Of a stretch of 64,000 nt of DNA, positions 39,574-49,902 are shown one piece after another. The notes beneath the pieces were generated by a model. It saw nothing but the letters and a program-made list of their open reading frames with translations. It made no database searches and was not told where the DNA came from. The DNA comes from Methanobacterium sp. UBA353 (GTDB lineage Archaea > Methanobacteriota > Methanobacteria > Methanobacteriales > Methanobacteriaceae): contig DALO01000016.1 in NCBI GenBank assembly GCA_002496805.1, forward strand, positions 45,615-109,614. Direction: 5' to 3'. The translations under genes were made by a program, and so were the position numbers. Within the stretch, counting starts at the first letter, position 1. The number at the start of each line of letters is the position of its first letter.

Positions 39574-41235
39574 GTGAAGAAGAAGGAGATATTAAAACTG
39601 GCAAAAAGGGATTTTGAAAAAACTTGGGTTGAAACAGGCCTGAATCTTAAAAAACCCCATCATGATGACGAATATCCTCGTCTACACCTTAAAACTGGAA
39701 AAAATCATCCATTAAATGATTCTATTGCTAAATTACGGCAAGCATACCTCATGCTCGGTTTTTCTGAAACCATCAACCCATTGTTGATAGAAGAAGATCA
39801 TATCTACCGCCAATTCGGACCAGAAGCTCCTGCAGTCTTAGATCGATGCTTCTACTTGGCAGGGTTGCCCCGCCCAGATATTGGAATTGGCATGGACAAA
39901 ATTGAGAGAATAGAAAACCTTGGTGTCCCTCTAAATGAAGATAACATCCAATCATTGAAAGAGGTGTTCCGTAGTTACAAAAAAGGGGACACCAGTGGGG
40001 ATGACTTAGTTCAAGATGTTTCCTCTGCTCTGGAAGTTGAAGATGAATCTGGACTTAGAATATTGGAAAAAGTATTCCCAGAGCTTCAAGAACTCACACC
40101 CATTCCTAGCAATACTACCTTACGTTCACACATGACTTCAGGCTGGTTTTTAACCCTTGAGGCCATGGCTAAAACCCATCCTTTGCCTGTTAAATTATTT
40201 TCAATTGACCGTTGCTTCCGTCGTGAGCAACGGGAAGATTCAAGCCACCTTATGACATATCATTCAGCTTCATGCGTCTGGATGGATGAAGAAGTATCTT
40301 TAGATCTTGGGATGGCAATTTCTGAGAGTTTACTCGAATATTTTGGGTTTAAAAAGTTTAAATTTTTACCTGATGAGAAAAAATCCAAATATTACATCCC
40401 TGGAACTCAGACTGAAGTGTATGGTTATCATCCTAAGCTAAATAACTGGGTGGAAGTGGCCACATTTGGATTATATTCCCCCATTGCTCTGGCACACTAT
40501 GGAATTGATGTGGAAGTTATGAATCTGGGAGTGGGCGCTGAGAGGATGGCCATGATCCTTGGTGGATATGAAGATATCCGTAAAATGGTTTATCCCCAAA
40601 TATATGATAAAAAAAGCCTCAATGACCGCGAATTGGCCTCTATGCTCCGTATGGATCTATATCCCGTGACTGAAGATGGGAGAAATCTGGCAGAAGCCAT
40701 TGTTAGAACTGCTCGAGAATATGGTGATACACCTTCACCATGTGAATTCACTGCTTTTGAGGGAGATTTCTTAGATAAAAAAATTGAAGTGAAAATCCTA
40801 GAAACAGAAGAAGGGACTAAACTTCTGGGACCCGCTAGCTGGAATCGTATATATGTTCATGATGGAAACATTGTGGGAGTACCCCACCCTATCACCACCA
40901 ATGATCTTCAAACACCTGAAAAAGTGATTGAAGAGATTATTAACTCCATGGAAAAAGAAATTGTTGATGATCTTGCTATTCAAGCTCTTAAGAATGGAGT
41001 TCCAACGGGTATAAGTTATCTGGAAGGAGTGGCGGCTATGGCAGCCTACCGTGTGGAAGAGATGCTGGTAAGTGGAGAAGAACAAATTAATTTAAGAACC
41101 ACCATTGCCAAATTACCTTCAGATGTAAATCTTAAACTTGACAAAGTGGCTGTGCGCCACATAACCAGTGAAAATAAGGTTATCGACATTAGAGGCCCTA
41201 TTTTCTGTTCCATTACCGTGACCCTTATGGAATAG
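39574..41235 (+). CDS. sepS: O-phosphoserine--tRNA(Cys) ligase
   Basis: YRQFGPEAPAVLDRCFYLAGLPRPD, TLRSHMTSGWF, CFRREQRED, VMNLGVG. Confidence 0.97.
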   Translation: MKKKEILKLAKRDFEKTWVETGLNLKKPHHDDEYPRLHLKTGKNHPLNDSIAKLRQAYLMLGFSETINPLLIEEDHIYRQFGPEAPAVLDRCFYLAGLPRPDIGIGMDKIERIENLGVPLNEDNIQSLKEVFRSYKKGDTSGDDLVQDVSSALEVEDESGLRILEKVFPELQELTPIPSNTTLRSHMTSGWFLTLEAMAKTHPLPVKLFSIDRCFRREQREDSSHLMTYHSASCVWMDEEVSLDLGMAISESLLEYFGFKKFKFLPDEKKSKYYIPGTQTEVYGYHPKLNNWVEVATFGLYSPIALAHYGIDVEVMNLGVGAERMAMILGGYEDIRKMVYPQIYDKKSLNDRELASMLRMDLYPVTEDGRNLAEAIVRTAREYGDTPSPCEFTAFEGDFLDKKIEVKILETEEGTKLLGPASWNRIYVHDGNIVGVPHPITTNDLQTPEKVIEEIINSMEKEIVDDLAIQALKNGVPTGISYLEGVAAMAAYRVEEMLVSGEEQINLRTTIAKLPSDVNLKLDKVAVRHITSENKVIDIRGPIFCSITVTLME

Positions 41236-41675
41236 CAGGCCGATTATAGATTAAATTAAAAAACAAGCCAAAATGTGTTCTGATATAAATCAGCTTTTAA
41301 TTAACATCCAATACTCTTTGACTGCTTTATATGTGAAAAAAATTGTTTTTCCAGTTAAAATAAAGTTGAAGGGATGGAAATTTATTTTCAGTTGATAATG
41401 AAACATTTGTAACAACAATGCTGCCGGAAATAGATAATTTAAGACTTATCGAAGAAAAAAAACTATTAACATGAAGTTATGTTTCCATTACATGTTGGTT
41501 TATTGGTTTAAGAAACAGTGCTGCTATGATCACGTTTTTGAATTTAGTTTGAATAGGATTATGATGTTTAAATGGTTAATTGATATGGAATTATGTATTT
41601 TGGATGTTTAGACTGAGTTCCCATGTGGAACTGTTATTAGATGTTACTACCTTGGATGTGGCAAAAAGGTTAACT

Positions 41676-41692
41676 GGTGGAAGGTATATAAA
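41676..41692 (+). promoter_or_regulatory. BRE/TATA promoter not linked to a nearby start codon
   Basis: GGTGGAAGG-TATATAAA. Predicted +1 near G41715, at the start of a structured segment. Confidence 0.5.
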
Positions 41693-41712
41693 GGAAGCCA
41701 CCCAAAGAGACC

Positions 41713-41824
41713 ACGCCTATTAATGAAGTTCAAGTTATACTACATAATAACCGTGTGGTAGGGGGCCTTTTTTAGAGGCAATACGTGTAGAACATAAAAT
41801 GTCTCTAAAAAGTGTATTAGGCGT
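41713..41824 (+). ncRNA. Candidate structured RNA (three-way junction) upstream of ribK-ribB
   Basis: P1 ACGCCTA/TAGGCGT; P2 TACTACAT/GTGTGGTA; P3 13-bp TTTTTTAGAGGCA/TGTCTCTAAAAAG with G-U pairs; TATA box 30 nt upstream. Confidence 0.45.
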
Positions 41825-41928
41825 TACAATGAGAAATATCATTTATAAAACACCAAACCTTTAAGGCAATCCCATTATACTGGCAATTGATACTTTCAAA
41901 GAACAATTAATAAATTGAAGGAATTAAA

Positions 41929-42303
41929 ATGGAAGTTGAAGGAAAAGTAATCTCTGGAACCCGTCAAGGCAGTTATTTCATGTCATTGGATCTTTATCAG
42001 GAAGAATTCTTGAATAAACTTGGATTTAAACCATTTCCTGGGACTCTTAACATTGAAATATCTGTAGATGATGCAGAGTCCATACTTGATATTAGTGATA
42101 AAATGGGAATCATTAAGGGAAAAGGTAATTTTGGAGATGTGAAATTCTTACCAGCCCAGCTTAATGGAAAAATTCGTGGAGCTATCTTGTTTCCACTGAA
42201 AACTCATCATTCTGATGAAATATTAGAGTTTGTATCGGATGAAAATCTCAGAAAAACGCTTCATCTTAAAGATGGGGATGGAACCACCCTCCAAATTGAT
42301 TAA
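41929..42303 (+). CDS. ribK: CTP-dependent riboflavin kinase (stand-alone, no HTH)
   Basis: GKVISGxxQGSYF, LGFKPFPGTLN, ILEFVS..NLRKTLHLKDGD. Confidence 0.93.
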   Translation: MEVEGKVISGTRQGSYFMSLDLYQEEFLNKLGFKPFPGTLNIEISVDDAESILDISDKMGIIKGKGNFGDVKFLPAQLNGKIRGAILFPLKTHHSDEILEFVSDENLRKTLHLKDGDGTTLQID

Positions 42304-42357
42304 ATGATGGAAGAAAAGTAACTATATTGCTTATAAGAAAATTTAATTTGTGATTAT

Positions 42358-43035
42358 ATGATAAATAAAGCAGTGCAAGCATTTAAGAAAGGAGAAATAG
42401 TTTTAATCTTTGATGATGATAACCGAGAACGGGAAACCGACATGATTGTGGCAGCAGAGTTCATGACCCCTCAATATATGACCACCATTAGAAATGATGC
42501 TGGTGGCTTGGTTTGCGTGCCTATATCTTCAGAAATATCACATAAACTTGGAATCCCATTCATGACCGATGTGATGGAAGCAGCGAGTGAAAAATATCCG
42601 GTATTAGCAAGTTTATCCCCTACAGATATTCCTTATGACGAAAAATCGGCTTTTTCCATTACTGTAAACCACAGGAAGACATTCACAGGAATCACTGATA
42701 ATGACCGTGCTTGCACCATTAAAGAATTAGGATTGTTATGTAAAAATGGTAACTTCACAGATTTCGGCAAAAATTTCAGGTCCCCCGGACATGTAACTCT
42801 TCTTAGAGCATCTGAAGGCCATGTATTGAATCGGAAAGGCCATACTGAGATGAGTGTTGCTTTGGCTGAGATGGCTGGTTTAATTGAAGTTGCAGTTTGC
42901 TGTGAAATGATGGATGATGTTACTGGTAATTCAATGAACACTGCTGATGTGGCAGAGTATGCCCAAAAAAATGATTTAATATTTTTAAGCGGTGCAGAAT
43001 TAATTGAAGGTTACCATGAGTTTAAAGACATGTGA
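42358..43035 (+). CDS. ribB: 3,4-dihydroxy-2-butanone-4-phosphate synthase
   Basis: [35 protein letters not shown]. Confidence 0.96.
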   Translation: MINKAVQAFKKGEIVLIFDDDNRERETDMIVAAEFMTPQYMTTIRNDAGGLVCVPISSEISHKLGIPFMTDVMEAASEKYPVLASLSPTDIPYDEKSAFSITVNHRKTFTGITDNDRACTIKELGLLCKNGNFTDFGKNFRSPGHVTLLRASEGHVLNRKGHTEMSVALAEMAGLIEVAVCCEMMDDVTGNSMNTADVAEYAQKNDLIFLSGAELIEGYHEFKDM

Positions 43036-43088
43036 AAAAATCTTTAAATATTTTTTTAAACATTTTTACTGTTATTTTTCAATTATTT

Positions 43089-44585
43089 CTAAATAAAATC
43101 CTTTTTTATTTCTTTATAAGAAGAATAACCAATAAATTTAGGAGTTTCAGCCATTCTTATAATTTTTTCAACATCCAAATACTTTTCTACTGTCTCGATA
43201 GCTTTACAACAGAAATCTTCCAGTTTTATCTCCACTTCTGGAGTTCCGCCCCGGGCAGTTAACTGGACTTTTGGAACTTTCCCCACCCATTCAAGTTGTG
43301 TGGTATTTTTAAGATAATTTAATGCTGTTTCAGCTATTGTTTCATTGTAAACTTTGTTTAATATTAAACCTGCAGTTTTTATACCAATTTTCTGCAGCAT
43401 ATCAGTGTGGGAAGCCAGATCTATTGCTGCAGTTTCAATACCTCCCTTATTACATCCAGTAACAAGTAAAACTGGGATTTTTCCTGCTTTAGCAATCTCA
43501 GCAGTAGAAAATGGAGTTTTTTCATTTAAAATACCAGTAAAAATACTCATAACGCCTTCTACTAGGATTAAATCATAGTTTTGTCCATTGACATCGGCGA
43601 TAATTTCTTCCAAATTTTTCCAGCCCAGCCCTCCAATTTGAATGGATGAATATTCCTCCATTTTCTCTTTATTAAGGTACAATGACGGCGCCAGGTCCCT
43701 TATATCCGGTCCAATCTTCAGAACACCCACTTTATAGCCTTTTTTACGCAAGACCCCTACAATTCCCGTAGTGATAAAAGTTTTTCCAGAATCTGAGCCT
43801 GTTCCTGCAATCATGAGCCATGGTGGTGTTTTCGGTTTATCTGCTGGTAAACGGTAATCAGAGTAAATCTCACATCCAATTCCCACTTCTCCTTTCATTT
43901 TATTAACGAGTACCTCATTAGCTTCATAAATTTCTAAAAAATCCTTATGGTTAGCATCAATAAATTTTAAGATATTGTCAACTAAAGATGGATTTTCATC
44001 CAGAGAAGCATGCAACATGGTGCCTATCACGTTGCCTTCATCATTACGAACCCCTGACAAAATCATTCTTGGATTCTCAGCGTAATTTGTCCTTTTAACT
44101 TTTGAAAAAAAGATTGGCGGTGCATTCCCCCTGATGTCTCCGTAAGTATGACAGTGAAAACCGGTGACAGTCTGACCTACCATTCCCTTAGTGAGGAAAG
44201 ATTCATCTACTACTTCTGATTCTACCCGATCTGTTCCGATTAATGGATGAAATGTGACGTTTAAAATTCCTAATCCCTCTTTTTCAATTGGAAAAGGAGA
44301 TTTTCTGCCGATATCTGTTTTATTGGCCAATACTTGGAATCCAGAGCACATTCCTAGGATGAATTTACCTTGACTATTCATTTTTTTAATGACAGTTTCA
44401 ACTTCCCGGCTGATGCTTTGAGATTCAACGATGCTTCCACCTGGAAGTATTAGACCATCTAAGACTTCATAAGCCTTTTGTCCATTGATCATGCCATTTT
44501 CCTTTAACAGATGGGTGGGAAGTTTACCGAAGTTCTCAAAGGCAGGTAAAGATCCTTTAACATATAGGAGACCGATATTTTTCAT
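43089..44585 (-). CDS. CobB/CobQ-like glutamine amidotransferase with reversed domain order (N-terminal GATase, C-terminal CbiA-like P-loop)
   Basis: LILPGGS, GMCSGFQVL, GFHCH, GTMLH, followed by GTGSDSGKT, KIGPD, VEGVM, ILNKV. Confidence 0.85.
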   Translation of the reverse strand: MKNIGLLYVKGSLPAFENFGKLPTHLLKENGMINGQKAYEVLDGLILPGGSIVESQSISREVETVIKKMNSQGKFILGMCSGFQVLANKTDIGRKSPFPIEKEGLGILNVTFHPLIGTDRVESEVVDESFLTKGMVGQTVTGFHCHTYGDIRGNAPPIFFSKVKRTNYAENPRMILSGVRNDEGNVIGTMLHASLDENPSLVDNILKFIDANHKDFLEIYEANEVLVNKMKGEVGIGCEIYSDYRLPADKPKTPPWLMIAGTGSDSGKTFITTGIVGVLRKKGYKVGVLKIGPDIRDLAPSLYLNKEKMEEYSSIQIGGLGWKNLEEIIADVNGQNYDLILVEGVMSIFTGILNEKTPFSTAEIAKAGKIPVLLVTGCNKGGIETAAIDLASHTDMLQKIGIKTAGLILNKVYNETIAETALNYLKNTTQLEWVGKVPKVQLTARGGTPEVEIKLEDFCCKAIETVEKYLDVEKIIRMAETPKFIGYSSYKEIKKDFI

Positions 44586-44650
44586 GGAATCCTCATATTT
44601 TTATATTTTACAACACTAACCGTGCAGATTTATAAAAAAATTAAATTAGG

Positions 44651-46027
44651 CTAATTTAACCCTTCATATGCAGCCATTACTTGGATGATCTTTTCATCTT
44701 CCAGTGGTTTAGCTTGAAATTGCATTCCCACAGGTATTCCATTTACATTACCTGCAGGGGTGCTGGCAGCAGGTATCCCTGCCAAATTAGCCATAACTGT
44801 AAGGGTATCGTAGGCGTATATTTCCATTGGTTCCAGTTCCATGCCTACCTTATGAGGCAGTTTAGGAACTGTCGGACCTACAATCACGTCCACATCTTTT
44901 AAAATCCCAGTGATTTCTTTTTTGATGAGTGATCTAGCTTGTAATGCCTTTTTGTAGTATTTTCCACTGTATTCTTTCTGGCTGATGTAGGATCCCATAT
45001 GTATTCTGCGCAGTACTTCATCCCCACATACTTCTTCAATGCGTTCACCGTATTTTCGGCCATCATATTTTCTGGTGGCTGAGAAGAATTCAACAAAGTT
45101 AATTAGATAAAAAGTTGGCAGACATAATTCCAGATAATCGAAGTTTAATTCCACCACTTTAGCACCTGCCTCTTGCATTTGGTTGATGCGATCTTCAATA
45201 ATATTGACGATCGACTGATCTGAGACATCAAAGAATTCCTTCACTACCCCCAAACGCATACCTTTAAGAGTATCTTGAGGATCATTGCTGGTGGCTGTAA
45301 AATCAGGCACCTTCCAGTCAATAGTGGTGCACTCCCGCCTATCCTTTCCAGCAATGACATCCATTATTAAAGCTATTCCAGTAGTATCCGCTGCGAATGG
45401 ACCGATCTGGTCGAAGCTCATAGCCAGATCAAGAAGACCCTGCCTGCTTACTGCACCATAGGTAGGTTTGAATCCCATCACACCACAATGGGATGCAGGG
45501 TTCCTGATGGATCCTCCTGTATCAGAACCCAAAGCAAGATCACACATTTTGGAGGCAACTGCTGCAGCACTTCCCCCACTAGATCCGCCCGGTATTCGTC
45601 CAGGTTCTCTGGGGTTGATTGTAGGACCATGGAATGATGTTTCAGTGGAATTTCCTGCAGCAAATTCATCCATGTTGGTCATTCCCAAAATAATACCATC
45701 TTCAGCCTTTATACGCCGGATTACTGTGGCATCAAAAGTTCCAATGTAATTTTCCAGTGTCTTAGAGGCGGCAGTAACATGGAAATCCTCCACATTAATG
45801 TTACTTTTAATTCCTATGACTAAACCAGCAAGTTTCCCAACTTTTTCACCATTGTTTATCTTATTATCAATTTTTTTAGCTGTTTGCAGAGCTTCATCAG
45901 TTTTTAAATCTATAAATGCATTTATTTTTGGATTATGTTTATTGATTCTATCAATGAATTTTTCCAAGTTATCTGATGCCTTTTCCTCGCGGTTCCTGAT
46001 TGATTGTGATTTTTCTAAAATATTCAT
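44651..46027 (-). CDS. gatA: Asp/Glu-tRNA amidotransferase subunit A
   Basis: NMDEFAAG, PGGSSGGSAA, GSDTGGSIRNPA amidase signature; YYKKALQAR. Confidence 0.96.
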   Translation of the reverse strand: MNILEKSQSIRNREEKASDNLEKFIDRINKHNPKINAFIDLKTDEALQTAKKIDNKINNGEKVGKLAGLVIGIKSNINVEDFHVTAASKTLENYIGTFDATVIRRIKAEDGIILGMTNMDEFAAGNSTETSFHGPTINPREPGRIPGGSSGGSAAAVASKMCDLALGSDTGGSIRNPASHCGVMGFKPTYGAVSRQGLLDLAMSFDQIGPFAADTTGIALIMDVIAGKDRRECTTIDWKVPDFTATSNDPQDTLKGMRLGVVKEFFDVSDQSIVNIIEDRINQMQEAGAKVVELNFDYLELCLPTFYLINFVEFFSATRKYDGRKYGERIEEVCGDEVLRRIHMGSYISQKEYSGKYYKKALQARSLIKKEITGILKDVDVIVGPTVPKLPHKVGMELEPMEIYAYDTLTVMANLAGIPAASTPAGNVNGIPVGMQFQAKPLEDEKIIQVMAAYEGLN

Positions 46028-46169
46028 GTTCCCACCTGTTACGTGAGTAGTGACTTGCCTTTATTTCTACCATTCTTTGATTTAGAAAATTAATCTTATT
46101 ATAGTTACCATTGGTGCACATGAACATCCATGAAAAAGAAACATTATATTTTCATATTATTCTAATTTT

Positions 46170-46940
46170 TCAGAAAATAAATAGATTTCCAGGATCAATG
46201 CCCCCCAACAAGTACAGGAGTATAATTAATATTGGCTGGTGAATTAAATAAATAAAAAGAGAATGTTTACCAATGTAGGTGAATATCTTGATTAAAATAT
46301 TTTTCGAAAGATCGGGAAGATAATATCTTCGTTTATAATCTTTGTAAAGGGTTTTACCTGTAAATAGCCCCAATGAAACCACACCCAACCAGGGAAATAA
46401 CGGGAAATAATCTACGGTGATAAATCCAGCGGGTTTCAAACCTAACCATAATAGCCAAGGATAGTTTACCGTGAATTGTGCAAAAATGAATCCCAAAATT
46501 ATGAAAACAATTCCAAGAAATAAATTCAGGTACTTTTTATTTAACAATGGATACTCCAAGATAATTGCTATTCCAATAAAATGCAGAATACCAAAGATTA
46601 TGAAATCATGGGGTATGAATAACCATGTGACCAGAGTTATTAAAATACCAAGGGAAAATATTTTCACTCCTCTTTTAAAGTACTTTAAAAAAAAAATTGT
46701 TTTCCCCTTATTTTTAACCAGTATTTTGGCGCGAAAGTGACTTAAAGTAAGCGAAACACCCACCACGAAAATAAAAATAATGGCAGTCATCCTAGCAAGG
46801 ATAAAAAGAATTCCTGATGAAACATCCAATTGACATATCCCAAAATAGGTTAAATCAAAGAATAAATGGTAAATTACCATCATCAATATAGCTAACCCTC
46901 TTAAAACATCTATCTCCCAGAACCGCTCATAAATATCCAT
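46170..46940 (-). CDS. DUF1624 / HGSNAT-like membrane acyltransferase
   Basis: RFWEIDVLRGLAILMMVIYH, FGILHFIG, DYFPLFPW, GKHSLFIYLIHQP. Confidence 0.88.
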   Translation of the reverse strand: MDIYERFWEIDVLRGLAILMMVIYHLFFDLTYFGICQLDVSSGILFILARMTAIIFIFVVGVSLTLSHFRAKILVKNKGKTIFFLKYFKRGVKIFSLGILITLVTWLFIPHDFIIFGILHFIGIAIILEYPLLNKKYLNLFLGIVFIILGFIFAQFTVNYPWLLWLGLKPAGFITVDYFPLFPWLGVVSLGLFTGKTLYKDYKRRYYLPDLSKNILIKIFTYIGKHSLFIYLIHQPILIILLYLLGGIDPGNLFIF

Positions 46941-47178
46941 ATAAATCCTTATAATTGTGAATTAACCATGTATTGGATTGTTATTGAATTAACTCTTGAA
47001 TATATCTATTAAATTTCACCCGATTTATGCAATCTATTATACCTAATTTATTTCTTAAAAAGTACTCTTATTTCATATAGAAGTTAAAGTTAAATGTTGA
47101 GGGCATTATAACAATCATCGCGAAAATCATAGTTTAAAAAAAATGTAATCCAATTTTAAAAAAATCTTAGGTAAAAAC

Positions 47179-48162
47179 ATGCCAGGAACTCTTCTCTTAA
47201 AACAAAGTGATATTAAAAATCTCATCAAAATGGAAAAAGTCATAAACGCAGTTGAAATAGCATTTAAAGCCTTTTCACTACGTGATGTTCAGATACCACC
47301 AAAAGAGTACTTGTTTTTTAATGATGGAGATTTGAGAATCATGCCCTGTTATGTCCAGAGCAGAGAAGAAGCTGGAGTTAAATCTGTGAGCGTACATCCA
47401 CAAAACCCCCTAAAACAAAAATTACCGACAGTTATGGCCATTATAGAAATGATAGATCCTCAAACCGGTTTTCCTCTCGCAGTTATGGATGGAACCCTTA
47501 TAACTGACATAAGAACTGGTGCAGCTGCTGGAGTAGCCACCAAATACCTTGCAAAACCAGATTCAAAGGTTTTAGGAATAATTGGTGCTGGTAAACAAGC
47601 TTGCACACAATTAACGGCCCTTAATGAAGTTATGAACATCCAAGAAGTAAGGATATTTTGCAGGGCTTCCAGTACACGGACTAAATTCGCGAAAATAGCC
47701 TCAGAAACTTATAATTTTGATATGAAAGCAGTTAATACTCCTGAAATTGCAGTTAAAAATGCAGACGTTGTTGTAACTACCACCCCGTCCCGAAAACCAT
47801 TAATTAACGCAGAATGGATCAGCCCCGGAACCCACATAAATGCCATGGGAGCAGATGCCCCAGGTAAACAAGAATTAGAACCTAAATTACTCCTCAAATC
47901 AAAGATAATCATAGATTCTTGGGTTCAAGCCAGACACAGCGGTGAAATCAATGTACCATTGGCCCAAAAAATCTTAAAACAAAAAGATATTCACGCTAAA
48001 CTGGGAGATGTTATAGTTGGAAAGGTAGCAGGAAGAGAAGGTGATGAAATCACCATCTTTGATTCTACTGGCTTGGCTGTTCAAGATATAGTAACTGCTG
48101 GAATGATATACAAACAAGCTCGAAAAAAGGGTTTAGGGACCGAATTTAATTTTATGCAATGA
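47179..48162 (+). CDS. ala: Alanine dehydrogenase, ornithine cyclodeaminase/mu-crystallin family
   Basis: [47 protein letters not shown]. Confidence 0.85.
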   Translation: MPGTLLLKQSDIKNLIKMEKVINAVEIAFKAFSLRDVQIPPKEYLFFNDGDLRIMPCYVQSREEAGVKSVSVHPQNPLKQKLPTVMAIIEMIDPQTGFPLAVMDGTLITDIRTGAAAGVATKYLAKPDSKVLGIIGAGKQACTQLTALNEVMNIQEVRIFCRASSTRTKFAKIASETYNFDMKAVNTPEIAVKNADVVVTTTPSRKPLINAEWISPGTHINAMGADAPGKQELEPKLLLKSKIIIDSWVQARHSGEINVPLAQKILKQKDIHAKLGDVIVGKVAGREGDEITIFDSTGLAVQDIVTAGMIYKQARKKGLGTEFNFMQ

Positions 48163-48285
48163 CTTAAATGAATTTTGGAGCCAAAAATCCAAATAACCCT
48201 ATAAAGGAATTTCGAATGTTGAAAAAGAAAAATACAACATTCGTAACATAGAATAGAAATTGATTAATGGAGTTTTATGATCTAG

Positions 48286-48918
48286 ATGTGGATAGAAATT
48301 ACATTATTTACTGTGGCATCATTTTGGGTTGGTTTATCTGGTGCAATGGTTCCAGGCCCAATGCTCAGTGTTACCATCTCCGATTCCATGAAAAAAGGAT
48401 CAAAAGCTGGACCCTTGGTTGTATTCGGACACTATATTGCTGAAATAACCATAATGATACTTTTGGTACTTGGACTCGGCTGGTTGATTAAATCTGAAAT
48501 TGCCACTATGATAATCGGAGGCGTGGGTGGTTTGATGCTTATTTACATCGGTTATTCCATATCTAAATCCCCAGTGCCAGAAGAAATTCCAGCAGAAAAG
48601 AATCCCGCCGAAACTCGGGGATCCATTCTTAGTGGAATTGTAAGCAGTGCATCCAATCCCTATTTCTATTTATGGTGGGCCACTGTTGGCTGGGCTTTCA
48701 TGCTTAAAGGAATCAAATTAGCAGGAATTATTGGAGTTTTAAGTTTCTTAATAGGTCATTGGGGAGCAGATCTCACATGGTACAGCTTAGTATCTTTTTT
48801 TACAAGTAAAGGAAGGCATATGTTATCAAAAAAACGTTACAGAATAATAATGAACATGTGTGGAATCTTCCTGGGATTATTAGGACTTTATTTCATCTAT
48901 TCGACTATATTAAAATAG
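48286..48918 (+). CDS. LysE-family translocator
   Basis: GLSGAMVPGP, GH, SNPYFYLWW; multiple TM helices. Confidence 0.9.
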   Translation: MWIEITLFTVASFWVGLSGAMVPGPMLSVTISDSMKKGSKAGPLVVFGHYIAEITIMILLVLGLGWLIKSEIATMIIGGVGGLMLIYIGYSISKSPVPEEIPAEKNPAETRGSILSGIVSSASNPYFYLWWATVGWAFMLKGIKLAGIIGVLSFLIGHWGADLTWYSLVSFFTSKGRHMLSKKRYRIIMNMCGIFLGLLGLYFIYSTILK

Positions 48919-48995
48919 TTATGGATAAAAAAAACTTTTTTCACCACAATTTTTGGAAGGTTTATTATTTAAGTTATTATATACAATTAAAACAT

Positions 48996-49784
48996 ATGAA
49001 AGCCGTGGTTTTTGACAACTCCGGAACGTTAATTTCAAGATATAGGGCAATTAAAGACATTAAATCTGGCATTATAAATGATGATGTCTGTTCAATTGAT
49101 TTGGTGGATCAAGACCCCTGTCGGGCCCTCGTAGTTATACAGACAGATCCTGCTACTTGTATTATAAATGCCCGTCCAAAACAAACTATTTATGAATTTA
49201 TTAGTAAAAATAATATTTCTTTTGATATAAGTTATTCTTCTTTAGATTTTGATAAAAAAGAAATATTGAATCTAATTAAATATGAAAAAACACGAGTAAG
49301 CGACATCCAAGACACCATTAGAGCCGTTATTGACAAAAAATACGATGTGCAGATATGCAGTGGATCCGGATTTATTTTAAACATATATACCGGTCAGATC
49401 GATTTTACCATCACTGCTGGTGGAAAAATATTTCCAGAGGTTCAAGAGGTAGTAAAAGAACTTAAAAGAAGAAATTTCCATATTTACGTGGCATCAGGGG
49501 ATCGAACTAAATCTTTGGAAGAACTAGCTAATTACATCAACATTCCATCTGAAAATGTTTTTGGCACTGCAAATTCCAAAAGAAAACAAGAGATAGTGAA
49601 GAAGCTAAAAAAGAATTATAGTGTAATGATGGTTGGAAACAGTGCTAATGATATTTTAGCCCTTCAAGAAGCAGATATTGGTGTATTAACTACCCAACAA
49701 GATGATAAACCTTCTTCCAAGGTTCTTAATGCAGCAGATGTGGTTGTAGATAACATTAAAGATATTTTGGAAATAAATTTCTAA
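48996..49784 (+). CDS. HAD hydrolase, soluble P-type ATPase-like
   Basis: VFDNSGT, VASGD, K, VGNSAND. True start is ATG 48996; the upstream part of the ORF is non-coding-like. Confidence 0.85.
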   Translation: MKAVVFDNSGTLISRYRAIKDIKSGIINDDVCSIDLVDQDPCRALVVIQTDPATCIINARPKQTIYEFISKNNISFDISYSSLDFDKKEILNLIKYEKTRVSDIQDTIRAVIDKKYDVQICSGSGFILNIYTGQIDFTITAGGKIFPEVQEVVKELKRRNFHIYVASGDRTKSLEELANYINIPSENVFGTANSKRKQEIVKKLKKNYSVMMVGNSANDILALQEADIGVLTTQQDDKPSSKVLNAADVVVDNIKDILEINF

Positions 49785-49902
49785 GCAAAACAACTATTTA
49801 TATGATTGGACATCAACTTCATCCTTCTTAACAAATTATCCCCTAGGTTAGGAAGTATTATTGATAAATATGTAATTGAATTTCAAAATTCCATGATATA
49901 AT

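Noticed and set aside
41713..41824. Canonical FMN riboswitch, hammerhead ribozyme or C/D box sRNA
   Set aside because: It lacks the FMN aptamer consensus, the CUGAUGA/GAAA hammerhead core and a CUGA D box. Kept as an unclassified RNA candidate.
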